Shown here: positions 1 through 12,322 of the stretch, in pieces
How positions within the stretch are numbered: position 1 is the first letter of the stretch
Layout of the letters: the number at the start of each line of letters is the position of its first letter
The notes under the pieces: generated by a model
What the model saw: only the letters and a program-made list of their open reading frames with translations
Database searches by the model: none
Told to the model about the DNA's origin: nothing
Program-made: the position numbers and the translations under genes
Source: Klebsormidium nitens
Taxonomy: Eukaryota; Plantae; Klebsormidiophyceae
Direction: 5' to 3'
Length of the DNA: 64,000 bases
NCBI GenBank assembly: GCA_000708835.1
Contig: DF237079.1
Span: 1 to 64,000 of the forward strand

Positions 1-39
1 TCTATTCGAGGGGCCCACTTGCGTTGTTCACACCAGACG

Positions 40-113
40 GAGTGCGGGGGCCCAAAGCCCCCGCACTCTTGATTCCTTCGCCAGGAAAGCCTCAAACTCG
101 GAAGGTTTGAGGC
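40..113. other. Twin GC-rich hairpins
   Basis: gagtgcgggggc-ccaaa-gcccccgcactc (40-68, 12-bp stem) and gcctcaaac-tcggaag-gtttgaggc (89-113, 9-bp stem). Confidence 0.6.
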
Positions 114-463
114 CGGGGGTTGCGATCCGCCCAATTCTTGAGCTTGAAGCCGTGGACGTCTTGGATGGTGCCACGTTCTGCGGTGACGACGTAGCTCTGG
201 CTAAGGTAAAGCGCTTCGTTTGCCAGCTGCGCGAACTTGAACTTGAAGATGAGCTACTTGTTTCTTGCCCGCTGTTCTTTCGTTTTGGAAGGCTTCACAC
301 GTTGTTGCGAAAGCGTACTTGCGGTTGGGTCAGCTTTCAACTGGTAATTTACAGCATTGGACGGTGGAGGCTCTTAAAGATCACTGAGCCGGCTGCATCA
401 GCGATCAACGTTCTTTGAAGATCCAGATAGTGTCACCTTCCAACACCGGCTGAGCCACGAGTC

Positions 464-3400
464 ATGGCGTCATCAGTTGTGCAGCAGTCCTTTGCTATAC
501 GTGCTTTGTCGTCGAGGACTTTGATCCACCGCAGTGTTTCTTCCTCCCGATGTGGCGCATATCGCTCAGTTGTTGTGCTTAACAGCAGTAGCTGGCATGG
601 TATCGAAAGGAGGGGCTTACCAAGAAAGCAGGTGAGTTCCTTTTTGTGAGCAAGCGCTGATCACACTTTCAGCTAGTCCTGGCAGCCCAAATGCTAGCCA
701 CTAGAAGTAAGTTTTCTGTCGGCGCATGCGGTTTTGGAAAGGTGAATCACGAAAGGATGTGAGCAGTTTGGTTCTGAAAGGTCTATCAACTTGGGCGCTT
801 TATGTGGCTTGCATGTGCTTCTACCACCTGTCCGGGCCTTCTCAGAATTGTAGATCTGGCTCTCATCGAACTTTTACGATGAAATTGGCATAGCAAGCTC
901 TCTTGGTAAAACTGGCATGGCTGGCTCATTGTAAGGCAGAGATTCTTTTACTGCCAGTATACTGCAAAGCTCAATTCAGTATGAAGAGTCATGGAGGTGT
1001 GCAACTCTGAGTATGCAACACTCGTCATAGCTACCATAAGTTTCTGCGCTTTATGTTGACTGATTTTCGTCACCCTGTGCGTTTTTCCATGTTCGTGTGG
1101 CCCAATTAGACTGACGCTCTCCACGATTTTCCAGCCGCAGGTGCTCGCACAGTCCACCCTCTCTAGCCCCTTCCTCGGCGAAGCCTCCAGCCTCTACCTC
1201 TCTCGGCAGTCTCCTGCATACCCCTCCGGCCGCCGCACTTTCAGCACCGCCCGTGCCACTGCAGAAACAGAGTATCCCTCTAGCACAAAGTCCCCCTCTG
1301 AAGGCACCGTTTCTGGAAATGAAAACAACGGCGCGGCAGAGGGGAAGCAGGAGATCGTGCGAAAGGAGTATCCGTCCGGGGAGATGGTCTTTGAGGAGAT
1401 CGAGGGGTTCGGGCGGTTCATGCAGAGCGTGCGGATGTTCTTCGCATGGCCGTGGCAGAAGTTCAAGAAGGGCAGTGTGCTTACGATGAATCTCTCAGGC
1501 GCAGTGAGTCATCTGACCTCTCGGCAGTTTTATTGGTGCGGATTCGGACAGATTGCACGAGAAGACTCTGCATGAGGATCGCATACGGAGCAATTGATAT
1601 CAGGGAAGTCTGGAAGTAATTTGATAAGATCTTTATGATGTTGACTTCTCGAGCCAGCAGTGAGAACATGATGAGATGGCCTTGTTTTCAATGACGGAAT
1701 AGGTCGAAATCAGCTTTCAAGTCTTAAGATCGTGGGGCTTGACACTCGAAGGAAGGTTGCTGATTGCCTAACTCCCATCGCGTGATCTAAACAGCTAGAG
1801 GTAGAGGGATTCTACTAAGCGGAGTTTGGATGCGTGTGCTTAGGATACGTATAGTTCTCTGAATTTAGCATTTCTATTTCGCTGCAGCTCCAAGAGCAGC
1901 TTGGCTCCTCCTTTGCGAACACCGTTTCGTTGACTCAAGTCTGCCAGAACCTTCGGAAGGCTGCGCACGACCCGCGTGTCGTTGGTCTCTTTCTGAAAAT
2001 TGAGCCGCTTGGGTGCGGGTGGGGCAAGATCCAGGAGTTGCGGCGGCACATCGAGTACTTCAAGAAGTCAGGTGAGAGATTGTTTTGTACCAGACGTTCC
2101 GTTATGTGAGGGATTGTTTCTTCTACTATATTCTGTTGTGTTCGTGATAGAACGGAACAAACTTCTGCTAGAGGTTTTGAGTCTTTGCAAGGCATACTAG
2201 CGGCTTCGATGTCGGAAGGGATTGACGAGTTCGAGGAACGGTCAAGACAGTTGGTAAACCCCTTTTTGGTAACCAAAAATCCGTATTCTACAGTAAGACT
2301 TGTCACAGGTCCTGATTGCGTTGTCTTTCCTGATTGCGTCGTCCTTTTCCATGAGAAACGATTTCGATCCGTTTAGAATATATCCGTTTTAAAAATTGGT
2401 TTGCGCTTGGATCGATGGTAAACAGCACTTGATGTCCTCAATACTGCTGGTTTTCCTTCTTAAACGTCAATCGCCGTTGTTGGAGTCATTCTCGCTTGAT
2501 TCAAGACTACTCATTCTCCTCTCTTGTCAGCTCTTAATCACACTCAATCCCTCTTTTTGCAGGGAAGTACACGATTGCGTACGTTGAGACTGGCGGCGAG
2601 AAGGAGTACATGTTGGCGTCTGCTTGCAACGAGCTCTATGTGCCCCCAGGCGCTTACCTGTCGCTTCGCGGCCTCTCTGTTTCGGTGAGCGCCGACACCG
2701 CTCCCCTGTTCCATACTGGGGCGCTTGCCAGTCACTGGGCGCAGTGTGCTTTCAGAATCGGGACAAGGGACCCTGCGTCTTCTTTTGTCATCGAGATTAT
2801 CCAAGTTTAGCGACACTTGGTGGCAGTACCGCTCTGACGAACATCGAACGCCGTTCATTTCTCTGCAGGGCTCGTTCCTGGGTGGGGTTCTGGAGAAGGT
2901 GGGAGCGGAGCCGCAAGTGGCATCTTTCCAATGAAAGGAAGCGACGAATCAAACGGTGTGTCTTTTCTGCAGGGCTCGTTCCTGGGTGGGTTCTGGAGAA
3001 GGTGGGCGTGGAGCCGCAGGTGTTACCCATCCATCGAGAAAGGAAGAAATTGTTACCTTCCCAAAATTATGATAATCACCGAACGTCAAATCTCCTCTGC
3101 AGGGCTCGTTCCTGGGTGGGGTTCTGGAGAAGGTGGGCGTGGAGCCGCAGGTGCAGCGCATCGGCAAATATAAGAGCGCAGGCGACCAGCTGGCGCGTAA
3201 GGACATGTCGCCCGAGAACCGCGAGATGCTCACCGCGCTGCTCGACGATCTCTACACCGGCTTCGTGGAGGCTACCGCCGCCGCGCGAGGTGCGCCGCTG
3301 ATCGCACTTCTCGCTTCTTGTGAATGTTATTACTGTTGCGCCTGCTTTCACTTCTAGCTAGTGTTGTGCGTTTTCGTCGTGATTCTCTCGTCAGTGGTTT

Positions 3401-6400
3401 TCCGTCTGTGGTTCTCTTCAATGGATGGTGACTGAACTGCAATTCGGCGGCTGATTACCTCCGTTTACGAGCATGAATGGACGGTCGGAAGGAATCATTG
3501 CTGCAGAAGGTTGAGTCGTCGAGAGGTTCGATTGAGGCGGAAGGTGGAACACCTGTACTTTACATTTCGAAAGTACAACGGGAGTCCGAAATAATCAGAT
3601 GGTCCATAGACAAGAGTCGGAATGTCCAGTTGGTTTATAGAGGAGAGACGGAATCTCGAGATTGGTTCATTGCCTTTATTGGAAGTCACCTTGAGGCGCA
3701 TCTGTGAGACTCAGATTGCTCGCTTTCCTCCGAATACTCCCTTCTAATGCGTTTAGCCAACCCTTAACGTCAGAGTGGAAACAGCAAACGGGACTGTGGC
3801 TGTGCAGGCAAGGAGAAGGCCGAAGTCGAGGCTCTTATCAACGAGGGCGTATACGAAATGGAGGCACTGAAAGCGGGGGGGTGGATTACGGACATTAAGT
3901 ACGCAGACGAGATTGAGGAGGATTTGAAGAAGCGGACGGGGGGCAAGGAGGACAAAGTGTTGGCGGTGGATTACAGGCGGTACTCGAGGGTTAAGGAGAA
4001 AACGCTAGGCCTTACAGGTGGGTTTCCATTACTTGGTTCCGAGGGCGTTGTGAGGTTGCGTGCTTCGCTATGTGGTAGAGGGTTGTGTTGGCCTACCGGC
4101 ATTCGAAGCTTCTGTCCTTATAGATCATTCATTACAGATCATTCTGTGCACTAACCATACCGAAAATTCTGTCCTTATAGATCATTCCGTGCACTAACGT
4201 ATGGGTCGTCATGTTCATCTTTATGGGCCATTCTTGTTTGGTGCAATCCACGTCCGTTGGCATGGATCATGATGGTTGTTTTGAGGGGCTGAACGGTCAG
4301 AAAGTTTCGAGATGTGGCCGTCTTCGGAGTCGTTTTCTGCTGAGGGTGAATGTGGGTGTTATTCTCAAAAAGCTTGGGCCTGGATGCCAGACTCCCTAAA
4401 TTGCCAGTTTTTCAAAAAGTGTAGAAAGATCTGAGGAAGGAGAAAGTGGGTAGCTTCGACATTTTGGTGGGTGCGTCAGGCACCTGCTCGCAGCCTAGTT
4501 TCCAACCGAGTTGTTTTCTCGAACTTGCAGGCCGGGACCGGATAGCAGTCATTCGGGCGGCTGGGGGCATCAGCCGCGGCAAGGGCGGCCGAACGGGGAG
4601 CGGCATTGGCAGCGACGCGCTGATTCAACAGCTGCGGCGAGTGCGGGACAATAAGAGGATAAAGGCGGTCATTCTGCGGATTGATAGCCCCGGTGGAGAT
4701 GCGCTAGCATCCGACCTGTGAGTTGGCTTGACTTGAAGCACCTTCTTGGCATCGGTTTTGTCTGTTCCTCGTCGTTCTTTTGTTTCGGATGTTTTCGCGT
4801 CTGTTAGCTTTTGTCGTGGGGCCTCCAAATGCTTCCCTCTTTTGGTTGTGGGATGTTTTGCGTCTGTTAGCCTGTGTCATGTTTGGAAATTCTTCTCTAA
4901 TTTGTCTGTGTGATGTTTTCGCGTCTGTTAGCCTGTCTCATGCCTCGAAATTCTTCCCTATTCTTCGCTTGTTCACAAGCAAAAGTGATTGCGTCGATCG
5001 TGACACGCATGCGTCGAAAAGGCGTGCCATGCTTCCAATCTCATGCCTCGAAATTCTTCCCTATTCTTCGCTTGTTCACAAGCAAAAGTGATTGCGTCGA
5101 TCGTGACACGCATGCGTCGAAAAGGCGTGCCATGCTTCCAAATGTTTGTCTCCATTCACAAGCAGAAGTGACTGCGCTAAGTCGCAGTACGTGTGCGTCG
5201 AAGGAGTCAGCAGGATTGGATCTCAAGTAGAGAAATCGTTTTTTGCAGCATTTGGATCTGAAGCAGAAAACTCGTTTGTTGCAGCATGTGGCGGGAGTTG
5301 CAGATGGTCGCGAAAGAGAAGCCGGTCATTGCTTCTATGGTCGACGTGGCAGCCTCCGGGGGCTACTACATGGCCATGGGTACGGACACAATTGTCGCGG
5401 AGGACTTGACGATTACCGGGTCCATCGGCGTTGTTACCGGTACGTTCATCTTCCATTGTGTTCTAGATCGACCCTGCGGCGCTATCGTTGCTGAAATACT
5501 CATGTTGCAAAGGTGCGCGAGTGTTGTATTGGAAGGTTTTACGGAGTGCAGACACTTTACGAAGTCATGCGGCAGTCCACTTTGGAGAGGGAGTCTTACC
5601 CAAACGCAAAAGAAGCCGTTGCTTTGTCAAGAATGTCAGGAGAGGGCTTGCTCTTTCGTTCCAAGAATGTCAATGTTGAAGTTTAAACAAGACAAAGAAA
5701 CGTGCTCTGCGCTTTCTAAAAGGACGCTTCGTTAGTGCTGCTGCCGAGACACCCTTGTCTTTTTGTTTGGTCTTCCACGCTTTCCGTTGTGATCTTAAAA
5801 GCAAGATTATGAGAGGCTGTTGAACACGCGGCTGAGAACCGATGCTACCCAGTTTCCAACAGCTCTGCTCCACAATATGTATCGAGTGGCCTGACACCGC
5901 CTTGCTGCCTCAATATGCAGGCAAATTCAGCCTAGCCGAGCTGTACAAGCGCGCCGGATTTTCGAAGGAGATTATCTCGAGGGGAAAGTTCGCGGAACTG
6001 AACGCAGACAACCGGTCGTTCACCGAAGAGGAGGAGGACTACTTCGCCAAAAGTGCGATGCACGCATACAAAACGTTCCGGGACAAGGCCGCGCTCTCGC
6101 GCAAGATGTCGGTGCGTGCCGGTCGCCGCCTCCGCTGTCGTCAGCTGCTGACGTCACATGTCTTGCTGACTGGGTACTAGAAGTTTGCATGTTCAAGGAT
6201 TTTGTATGTTGAAGACCTGTGCGCTGGGGAACTTCGCGCTAACCCGGGCTTGAGACGGGGGTTAGCCAGCTCCCAGGACTGCTCGGTTTGCCTAACCCGA
6301 CCGGGCTGTCCAGGTTGAGAGGCGGTTCCCGCCGGATTTGTGCACCGTCTCTTACAGGGGGTTTTTTCGTTTGTTGTTCGCATTAATTGTCCGCTCTGGT

Positions 6401-7332
6401 AGGCCTTTCCTGCCAAACCGTTTTCCTCCGAGTAGCATTGTGTCTGTCTTTTGGCAACTTGCGAGCTTCGAATGCATCTTCGCCGTCTTCTCGTCCCGCG
6501 AACTCGTCAGCTTGTTTCGACGGTCTGAGTCGGTCTCCTGCCTTTAATGTTTGTATCTTCGTCGTCGTTTTTCCTTTTGCGTTGTCTTTCCAAGGGTCGT
6601 CTGCGCCCTGCAATCGTCCACGATATGCGGTTCCTCTGAGTTCTGGACGAGGCCTGCCCGCGCCAATGACAGACTGGTCTTTTGTTAGAACAACTTTCTT
6701 GGCTTCGTTCTCGGATTGTCGTGGCGTCTTTGAGAGCCTTAACCGCAGTCGATATGATAATTCATCCATCCGAACTTCCTTCGCTGTCCTTAAAAAGTCA
6801 TCGGTTTTTGGAAAAGAGACGAGTCTGGTAGCTTCGGAAGAGACGGGAACGGCGCCAAGTCAAGGAAACGTTCTGGAGCAGATTTTGACGTCCAATCCAT
6901 GTGATGCAGATCGAGCAACTAGAGGAGGTGGCTCAGGGCCGGGTCTGGACCGGGAAGCAAGCGCTCGAGAAGGGCCTAGTCGACGTGCTCGGTGGATTCT
7001 CCCAAGCACTCGCGATCGCAAAAGAGAGGGCAGGCATTCCGCTCAACCAAAACGTTACGCTCATCGAGTTCTCGCGACAAACGCCGTCCCTAGGCGCGTT
7101 GCTATCCAGCGGGGTAGGCGGAAGTGCGCAACTAGAAAGTTTGGCGTCTTTGGTGGAAGTGGGTAGAGAGAAGTTGTTGTCTAGCGCGCCGCAGTATAAA
7201 ATGGAAGCTTTCGAGTTGGGCGACTCGGGTTTGGGAGCACGGGAAATGGGTTCGGACTTGGAAGAGGGGGCGGGGGCACTCCTGGCGCTGTTGCCGGAGT
7301 TTCTAGAAGACGTAACGAACAGTAGGGAATGA
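464..7332 (+). CDS. SPPA: Plastid signal peptide peptidase A (S49 serine protease SppA), 10 exons, ~729 aa
   Basis: Exons 464-631 (transit-peptide-like MASSVVQQSFAIRALSS), 1141-1503, 1888-2071, 2563-2684, 3103-3289, 3808-4017, 4531-4717, 5285-5439, 5921-6111, 6910-7332. All have GT-AG boundaries with consistent phases (2190 nt). SppA motifs: KGSVLTMNLSG, GCGWGKIQELRRHI, VQRIGKYKSAGD, ILRIDSPGGDALASDLMWREL, DVAASGGYYMAM, TGSIGVV, QGRVWTG. Confidence 0.95.
2861..3019 (+). repeat. Two upstream tandem copies of the SPPA exon-5 acceptor plus first ~48 nt
   Basis: ctctgcag|ggctcgttcctgggtggggttctggagaaggtggg...gagccgca occurs at 2861-2916, at 2965-3019 (1-nt deletion) and at the real exon 3095-3150. 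Confidence 0.95.
4110..4200 (+). repeat. Short direct repeat in SPPA intron 6
   Basis: ttctgtccttatagatcattc occurs twice, each followed by a (t/c)gtgcactaac segment. Confidence 0.8.
4785..5145 (+). repeat. Tandem repeats in SPPA intron 7: three ~60-bp units, then a 102-bp direct repeat x2
   Basis: gatgtttt(c)gcgtctgttagc at ~4789, ~4852 and ~4912. ctcatgcctcgaaattcttccctattcttcgc...gtgccatgcttcca at 4938 and 5040 (period 102). Confidence 0.9.
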
Positions 7333-8420
7333 TTGGAGGGTTAAATTAGAGGTTAGGATTCAACAGCACGGCGCACTTGCATTGTACAGTTTTAATGTTG
7401 CAAGATGCCGGTAGTTTAGCCATCTACAGCTATTGATAATGACGTGTTCATCAATCAAAGATATTCAAATCGCTCAGCTCGGATTCTGGAGATGTGAGTT
7501 CAATTGCTGAGCGGAATGACAACAATTGATGCGCACGCGTCGAAATCATTCGAGCATCCCGTGGCGCAGTTGGCGTTCATGCATATGGAGTCTGGAGGTG
7601 GCAAGCTTTTCTCGTCCCAAGCAATTGTTTGTGCTGGCTTTCAAGTAGGGGGTCGATCTTGGCTGCATCGTTTTGCGGAGGATCTGCTTGTCGTGAGCTG
7701 TCGAGTGTGGCCACGCGCTACTCTTTGCCTTTGAACACGTGAGTGAGTCCAAGGCCCTGGGACTCTGTCATGATCGATACGTGGGCTGGCCGGATGATCA
7801 ATATCGCCCGGTGGGCACCGTCCAAGCGGCCGGCGAAGGTCGCGTGCCCGCTCATGCATCGATCACATCGATGGAACAGAGCCTTCTAAATTTGGATTCG
7901 ACGCGGCGGCCGCGCGGTTCAGGCCCGCACAATAAGCAATTAGGTAATACCGTGTTACACTGAAGTTCCTTCGATATTGGGCCCCCCTCGTTGAGCGTAG
8001 CGTAGATTGATGCCAAACAAGCAGTGATGGTCATGATATTAGAGCGTGCCAGCAAGCCCTCCTGTCCTCCTGTCATTTATTGAACATAATGTTCCATTCG
8101 AACAATTACATCGGCGCCAACTTTTTCATCAAGAGCCTGAGGGTCCTGCTGATCGGGTCTGCAGAATTATGAGGTTCGATTTCGTACAGACGTACTTTGT
8201 GCAATCACCTTATTAGGTGCACGGCGACCTATGATGTGCATGCGTGCGGCCACGGCGGTGCTGAAATACCGCAGCCAAGTGATTTGAAGAGCTACCCAAT
8301 GCGCGCGCCACAAATCATTCTGAACTACCATCGAAACGGGGCATCTGCAGGCTGAATGAATGACAACAAATATCAGAGTCATCATGCAGTCCTGTTCTTG
8401 CATGGAGTTCCAGTGTAAGC

Positions 8421-11180
8421 TCAAGGTTTATAGACTCGAGATTTCGACAGTCCAAACCCATAGTCTCCCTTATATTCTACCTTCGCATTCTCGCCCCATT
8501 GTTTCAGCCTCGCTACTGAAACGTCGTGTAATGTGCGTGCCTTGTCGTACAGCAAAACGTCCCACTTATTCAGTTCCATCAACTTTGCCGTAGTGGCTTC
8601 CGACAACTTGGACCGCACGACCATCCCCGCGCTCTCGTCTAATATGGTCGGGTTGGATTGGGTGCCATTTGTCAAAGGGGCCACCGTCGTTCTCATATGG
8701 AACAAGTTCGAAAGGAGGGGGGCCAAGGGCTCGACCTCCGATATGAGTTCCGAGACAAATACGAGCGCGAAGTTTTGCAGGTTGCGTAAGGCACATTGGT
8801 AATGCTCCTGGGTCATTTCAGTAAGCAGCTCAAGTGGGGTGTCCTCCGAAAGCCGCTCTTCGGAGAGATCGGAGACCAACCCTGTTCCCTGGTTGCACAA
8901 GACCCGCGTCATGTGGTTGCTCTTTTGGAAGCCGCCAACCGGAAAGTCTGCGTCTCGGACAAAGTCTTCAAACGCACTTTCCCCAACCGGTGGCGCCAGC
9001 TTTCCCGTTTGGATGCTCCAGTTCCACCAGCTGACGACCCGGTGGACCGGGTGCCGGAGCGTGGTGACGTAAGCGAAGGTGCCCCGATGGCCGATTGAGT
9101 GGATCCCATAAGAGAAGTGGCCGCTGACAAGCCGCGAGCTTTGAAACGCGCGCCGCAAACGGGCTTGGATTGGGGTTGGCAGGCGGTTCCAGCTTTCCTC
9201 GTAGGTATACGAGAAGATCCAAGGTATACAGTCTAGACTTTCCCATGCGGGGCTGCAAGGAAGAGAAGCAGAAAGTTAGCAAAATCAGAGCGCGTCCAGT
9301 GGGCCCGAGTCACACTCTGTGACTCTGAAGGTTTTTAGAACGTTTCCGCTTCTTTGCCCGCAAACGGGTTATGAAGCCCCACGGTTTTGGTTCCCCAGGA
9401 ATTCCAAGACATGCGGGCAGAATCATGTCAGAGTCGGAGCGCTTGATCATGATTTCGGGGGGATTTCCTGCTGGCTAAGGCTCAATTTACCAACGGAGAG
9501 CTTATATAATAAGGGCGCGGACACATGTGTTATTTTTCAATTGCGTGCCCATTCGTGTGCACCTGATGAAATTCGAGGTTCCTCCGTTTCAGCAATAGCT
9601 CAGACGTTCACTGGGCGCTGTACGGCTATACAGTCAATCATGGTTGGAAGAGAAAAAGGTTTCTGGACACAGATGACAACAGATGCATCATGAAAGTGCA
9701 TCGTCATAAGCAAGGACCACGAAAACTTTGAATCTGTGTATGGGGTTTGCAAATACTTCGGAGCAGAAGGCTCTTGAAAGTTGTTAGATGTCTGACTGCG
9801 AAGCCCCCAAAAACAAGTACTCATGCGAGTTGCGACGACCCCGGCCCTTATTGGTATGTGCCTAGTAAGCAGATGTAACAGAATTTAGGCTGCGGGACAG
9901 AGTTAAGCGGCTGCTTCAAGTTTGCTATCATCCATCCGTTCTCTACTAGAACGGTTTTACTGACTGAGGTCGTACGTCTACCACAACGTCTACCGCGACG
10001 ACCGTTCGGTTGGAAAAGAACACTATCAGACTTCCGGTACAACCAAAAGACACACTCAATCGCGTTCAGAAAGCAATGGATTTTTGCGACCAACTCACTC
10101 ATCCCAAGCCGTCAGACCTCCGCAAGTCTCCGGGTCATACTCGGCGTAATGCAAGAGAGCGAACAGCTGGTTGCACCGCTCCCCTTCCACGTCCTCGAGC
10201 ACCCGCATGTTGGGCTGGCACTCGTCCATGTCCTTGTGCGTCGAGAACATGACGTCGAGAGCGCTGCTGGCGGCTTTCTGAATTCTCAACAGGAAAACAG
10301 TCGCGCGGCCCGCGACAAACTCCTCGTGCAAAGGCTCCAGAGGAAGCAGGTTCACTCTGCAAAGTGACAAGACGTTCATTCCGAAAACAAGACGGTCATT
10401 ACGAGCTACCATAAACGGGTCAAACAGCCCGCCTGGCTCGAAGGTTTTTGTTCCTCAATGGGCACTTCTCACCAGAGTTTTGCTGTTGAGATTTGTGCGA
10501 CTGTGACTGGCGCAACTGGGAAGATGTATCACTTGATGAATACTGGAATGCTGTACGTTGGAGACCCTTTAGCTCAACCACACCTGGCCAGTTCTCGGCT
10601 GCCAGCTACACGACGGAGTCGGGAACGGAACTTTCACTGCACGAATTTAATGCGCAGTACTTTGTCAGCACCGCTGCGGCCGAAAGCATAGGCACAGCGG
10701 AATCCTTGCTTCTCTGCATGCAGAAGAATTCATGATCTTCCAAAGACAACCTGATGCCCGGCCCAGCTTATGGTATGTAGCTTCTGTGTTGTCTGTACCG
10801 AGAATCGAAGACAAAAAGGCCGGAGGGGGCAGGCAGGCATGACTATTTCGACGATAATTGCCGAGGTGCCTGGGCACTCACTCTGAAGTCTGTCGCTCAT
10901 CCTTGGAAAGCGCTAAGGCTTCTCTGCCGTCAAGGTGCTTCCAAATATCGGTATGATTGTCCCCAAACCCCTTGGCCACTAGGGTATCTGACTTCCCATC
11001 CGTTCCGCTCAGTATGAAAGGGTGGTCCAGGCTGCTCACACTCATCCAGGTCGCCCAGTATGCGGCTCCTAGGCCTTGTAAGAGGAACGAGCAGGCCGCC
11101 CAGCCGAAAAGAATAATCACTAAGCAGTTCCGGCGACTAGCCGATAGCTGGGGGAACTTGAAAGTCGGGCGGAATTCCAT
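8421..11180 (-). CDS. Type II membrane (Golgi-like) sulfotransferase, Sulfotransfer_2 / HS2ST-HS6ST-like fold, 3 exons, ~462 aa
   Basis: Exons 11180-10882, 10356-10099, 9252-8421, joined by phase-2 GT-AG introns (1389 nt). N-terminal hydrophobic anchor CLVIILFGWAACSFLLQGLGAAYW. 5'-PSB-like VFLLRIQKAASSAL, then SGHFSYGIH, 3'-PB-like YVTTLRHPVHRVVSWW, and C-terminal LMELNKWDVLLYDKA. Confidence 0.85.
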
Positions 11181-12322
11181 TTGGAAGCGCTTCGACCGGT
11201 GCTTAGTTGCAGGATGAAGAAGGCCGCCGAAAGTCTGAGAATCTTCCTCAGTGCGTGCGTGCAAATCTCTAGCTGCTGGTCTATCAATCCAAATTGAGAG
11301 ATGAAACGGCGCGTCAAGATTATGGCAAATGGGGGAAAGGAACGATGGTAATTCAAGTTTGAAGCCGAGAGAAGAATTAGAGTCGGTCCAAAGGCCGCTT
11401 GACGTTAACAGTCAGTACTAGCGCTGTTGTGGCCGAGGAAAAAGCAGAGAAGTGAGCGTAACTGGTGCACAGTTCCCACAAGTCCGCAGCTCGTTTCCAG
11501 ATCAACAGGGTTGATCGACCAGATGCGCACTTCTCTCAGTTTTGCAATTTTCCTTTCATGTGGATTTTGGAGACGCTGCGAGGGACCACTTTCAACAACT
11601 GGCCATGGAGAGTGCCAGGCGGAGTCCCTTGAATCTAACGCATACACATAATAGTCGTGATGTGACAGGAAGTGCTCCTCGAAGTAAACATTTTCTTCAC
11701 AGATTCCAACTTCACACGGTAGGCTCAGCATCTATGCCAGTTTTATGGTATGGTACTTGGGGAAGTTCGACCGCTCCGGGTTATCCGTGGATGCGTCACG
11801 GCGGTCACATCACAACCACGAAAGGCAAGGTATAAGCAATGCATGATGAGACTACTCGGGGCGCCACACACAGCCTTGCATCACATGACAAGACTATTTG
11901 CGCACTGCTTATACCCATCGCTTGCAATTTCCTTTGACAGGCCGAGGCTGACGCGTTTCCGTGCGTCAACTACCACCATACTGCTCAGTCTGCCCGTTTC
12001 CGCCACTGTGCTGAGACCGGCTAGGTATGATTGGTTGCAGCGCTGTCTTGGCTGGACGCTGACGTCAAGTGGCTCGCGGTCCGCAAAACGTTGGGCTGCT
12101 GTCTTTTGTGACGTGACGGCGCCCTCCAGGACTGAAGAGAGGGGCTGCTAGGACCTCAAAAGTCCGTCCACTCCTGCGCGTGCCAGAGCACGAAAGTCAG
12201 AAGCTATATCAGGCTGTGTCTCCTCGGCAAAGCAAAGCGACAAGCTGAACGATAGTTAGACGAATTCATGCAGGCTTGACAGCCTTTCCCTCAACGTGCT
12301 GAGATCGGATTGCTTTCGAGTC

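Noticed and set aside
1-420. ORF 107-418 (+) and a Ser-rich minus-strand frame (SSSSSSSSRSWQTKRFTLARATSSPQ...FLAKESR) resembling a transit peptide
   Set aside because: No start codon or convincing splice path could be found and there is no recognisable domain; it needs the sequence left of the window.
10493-10735. Trp-rich 80-aa ORF on the + strand inside sulfotransferase intron 1
   Set aside because: Non-ATG start, no recognisable motif and no splice support.
11405-12151. Short ORFs between the sulfotransferase and GT2 genes
   Set aside because: No domain similarity recognised; more simply explained as shared promoter/UTR sequence.
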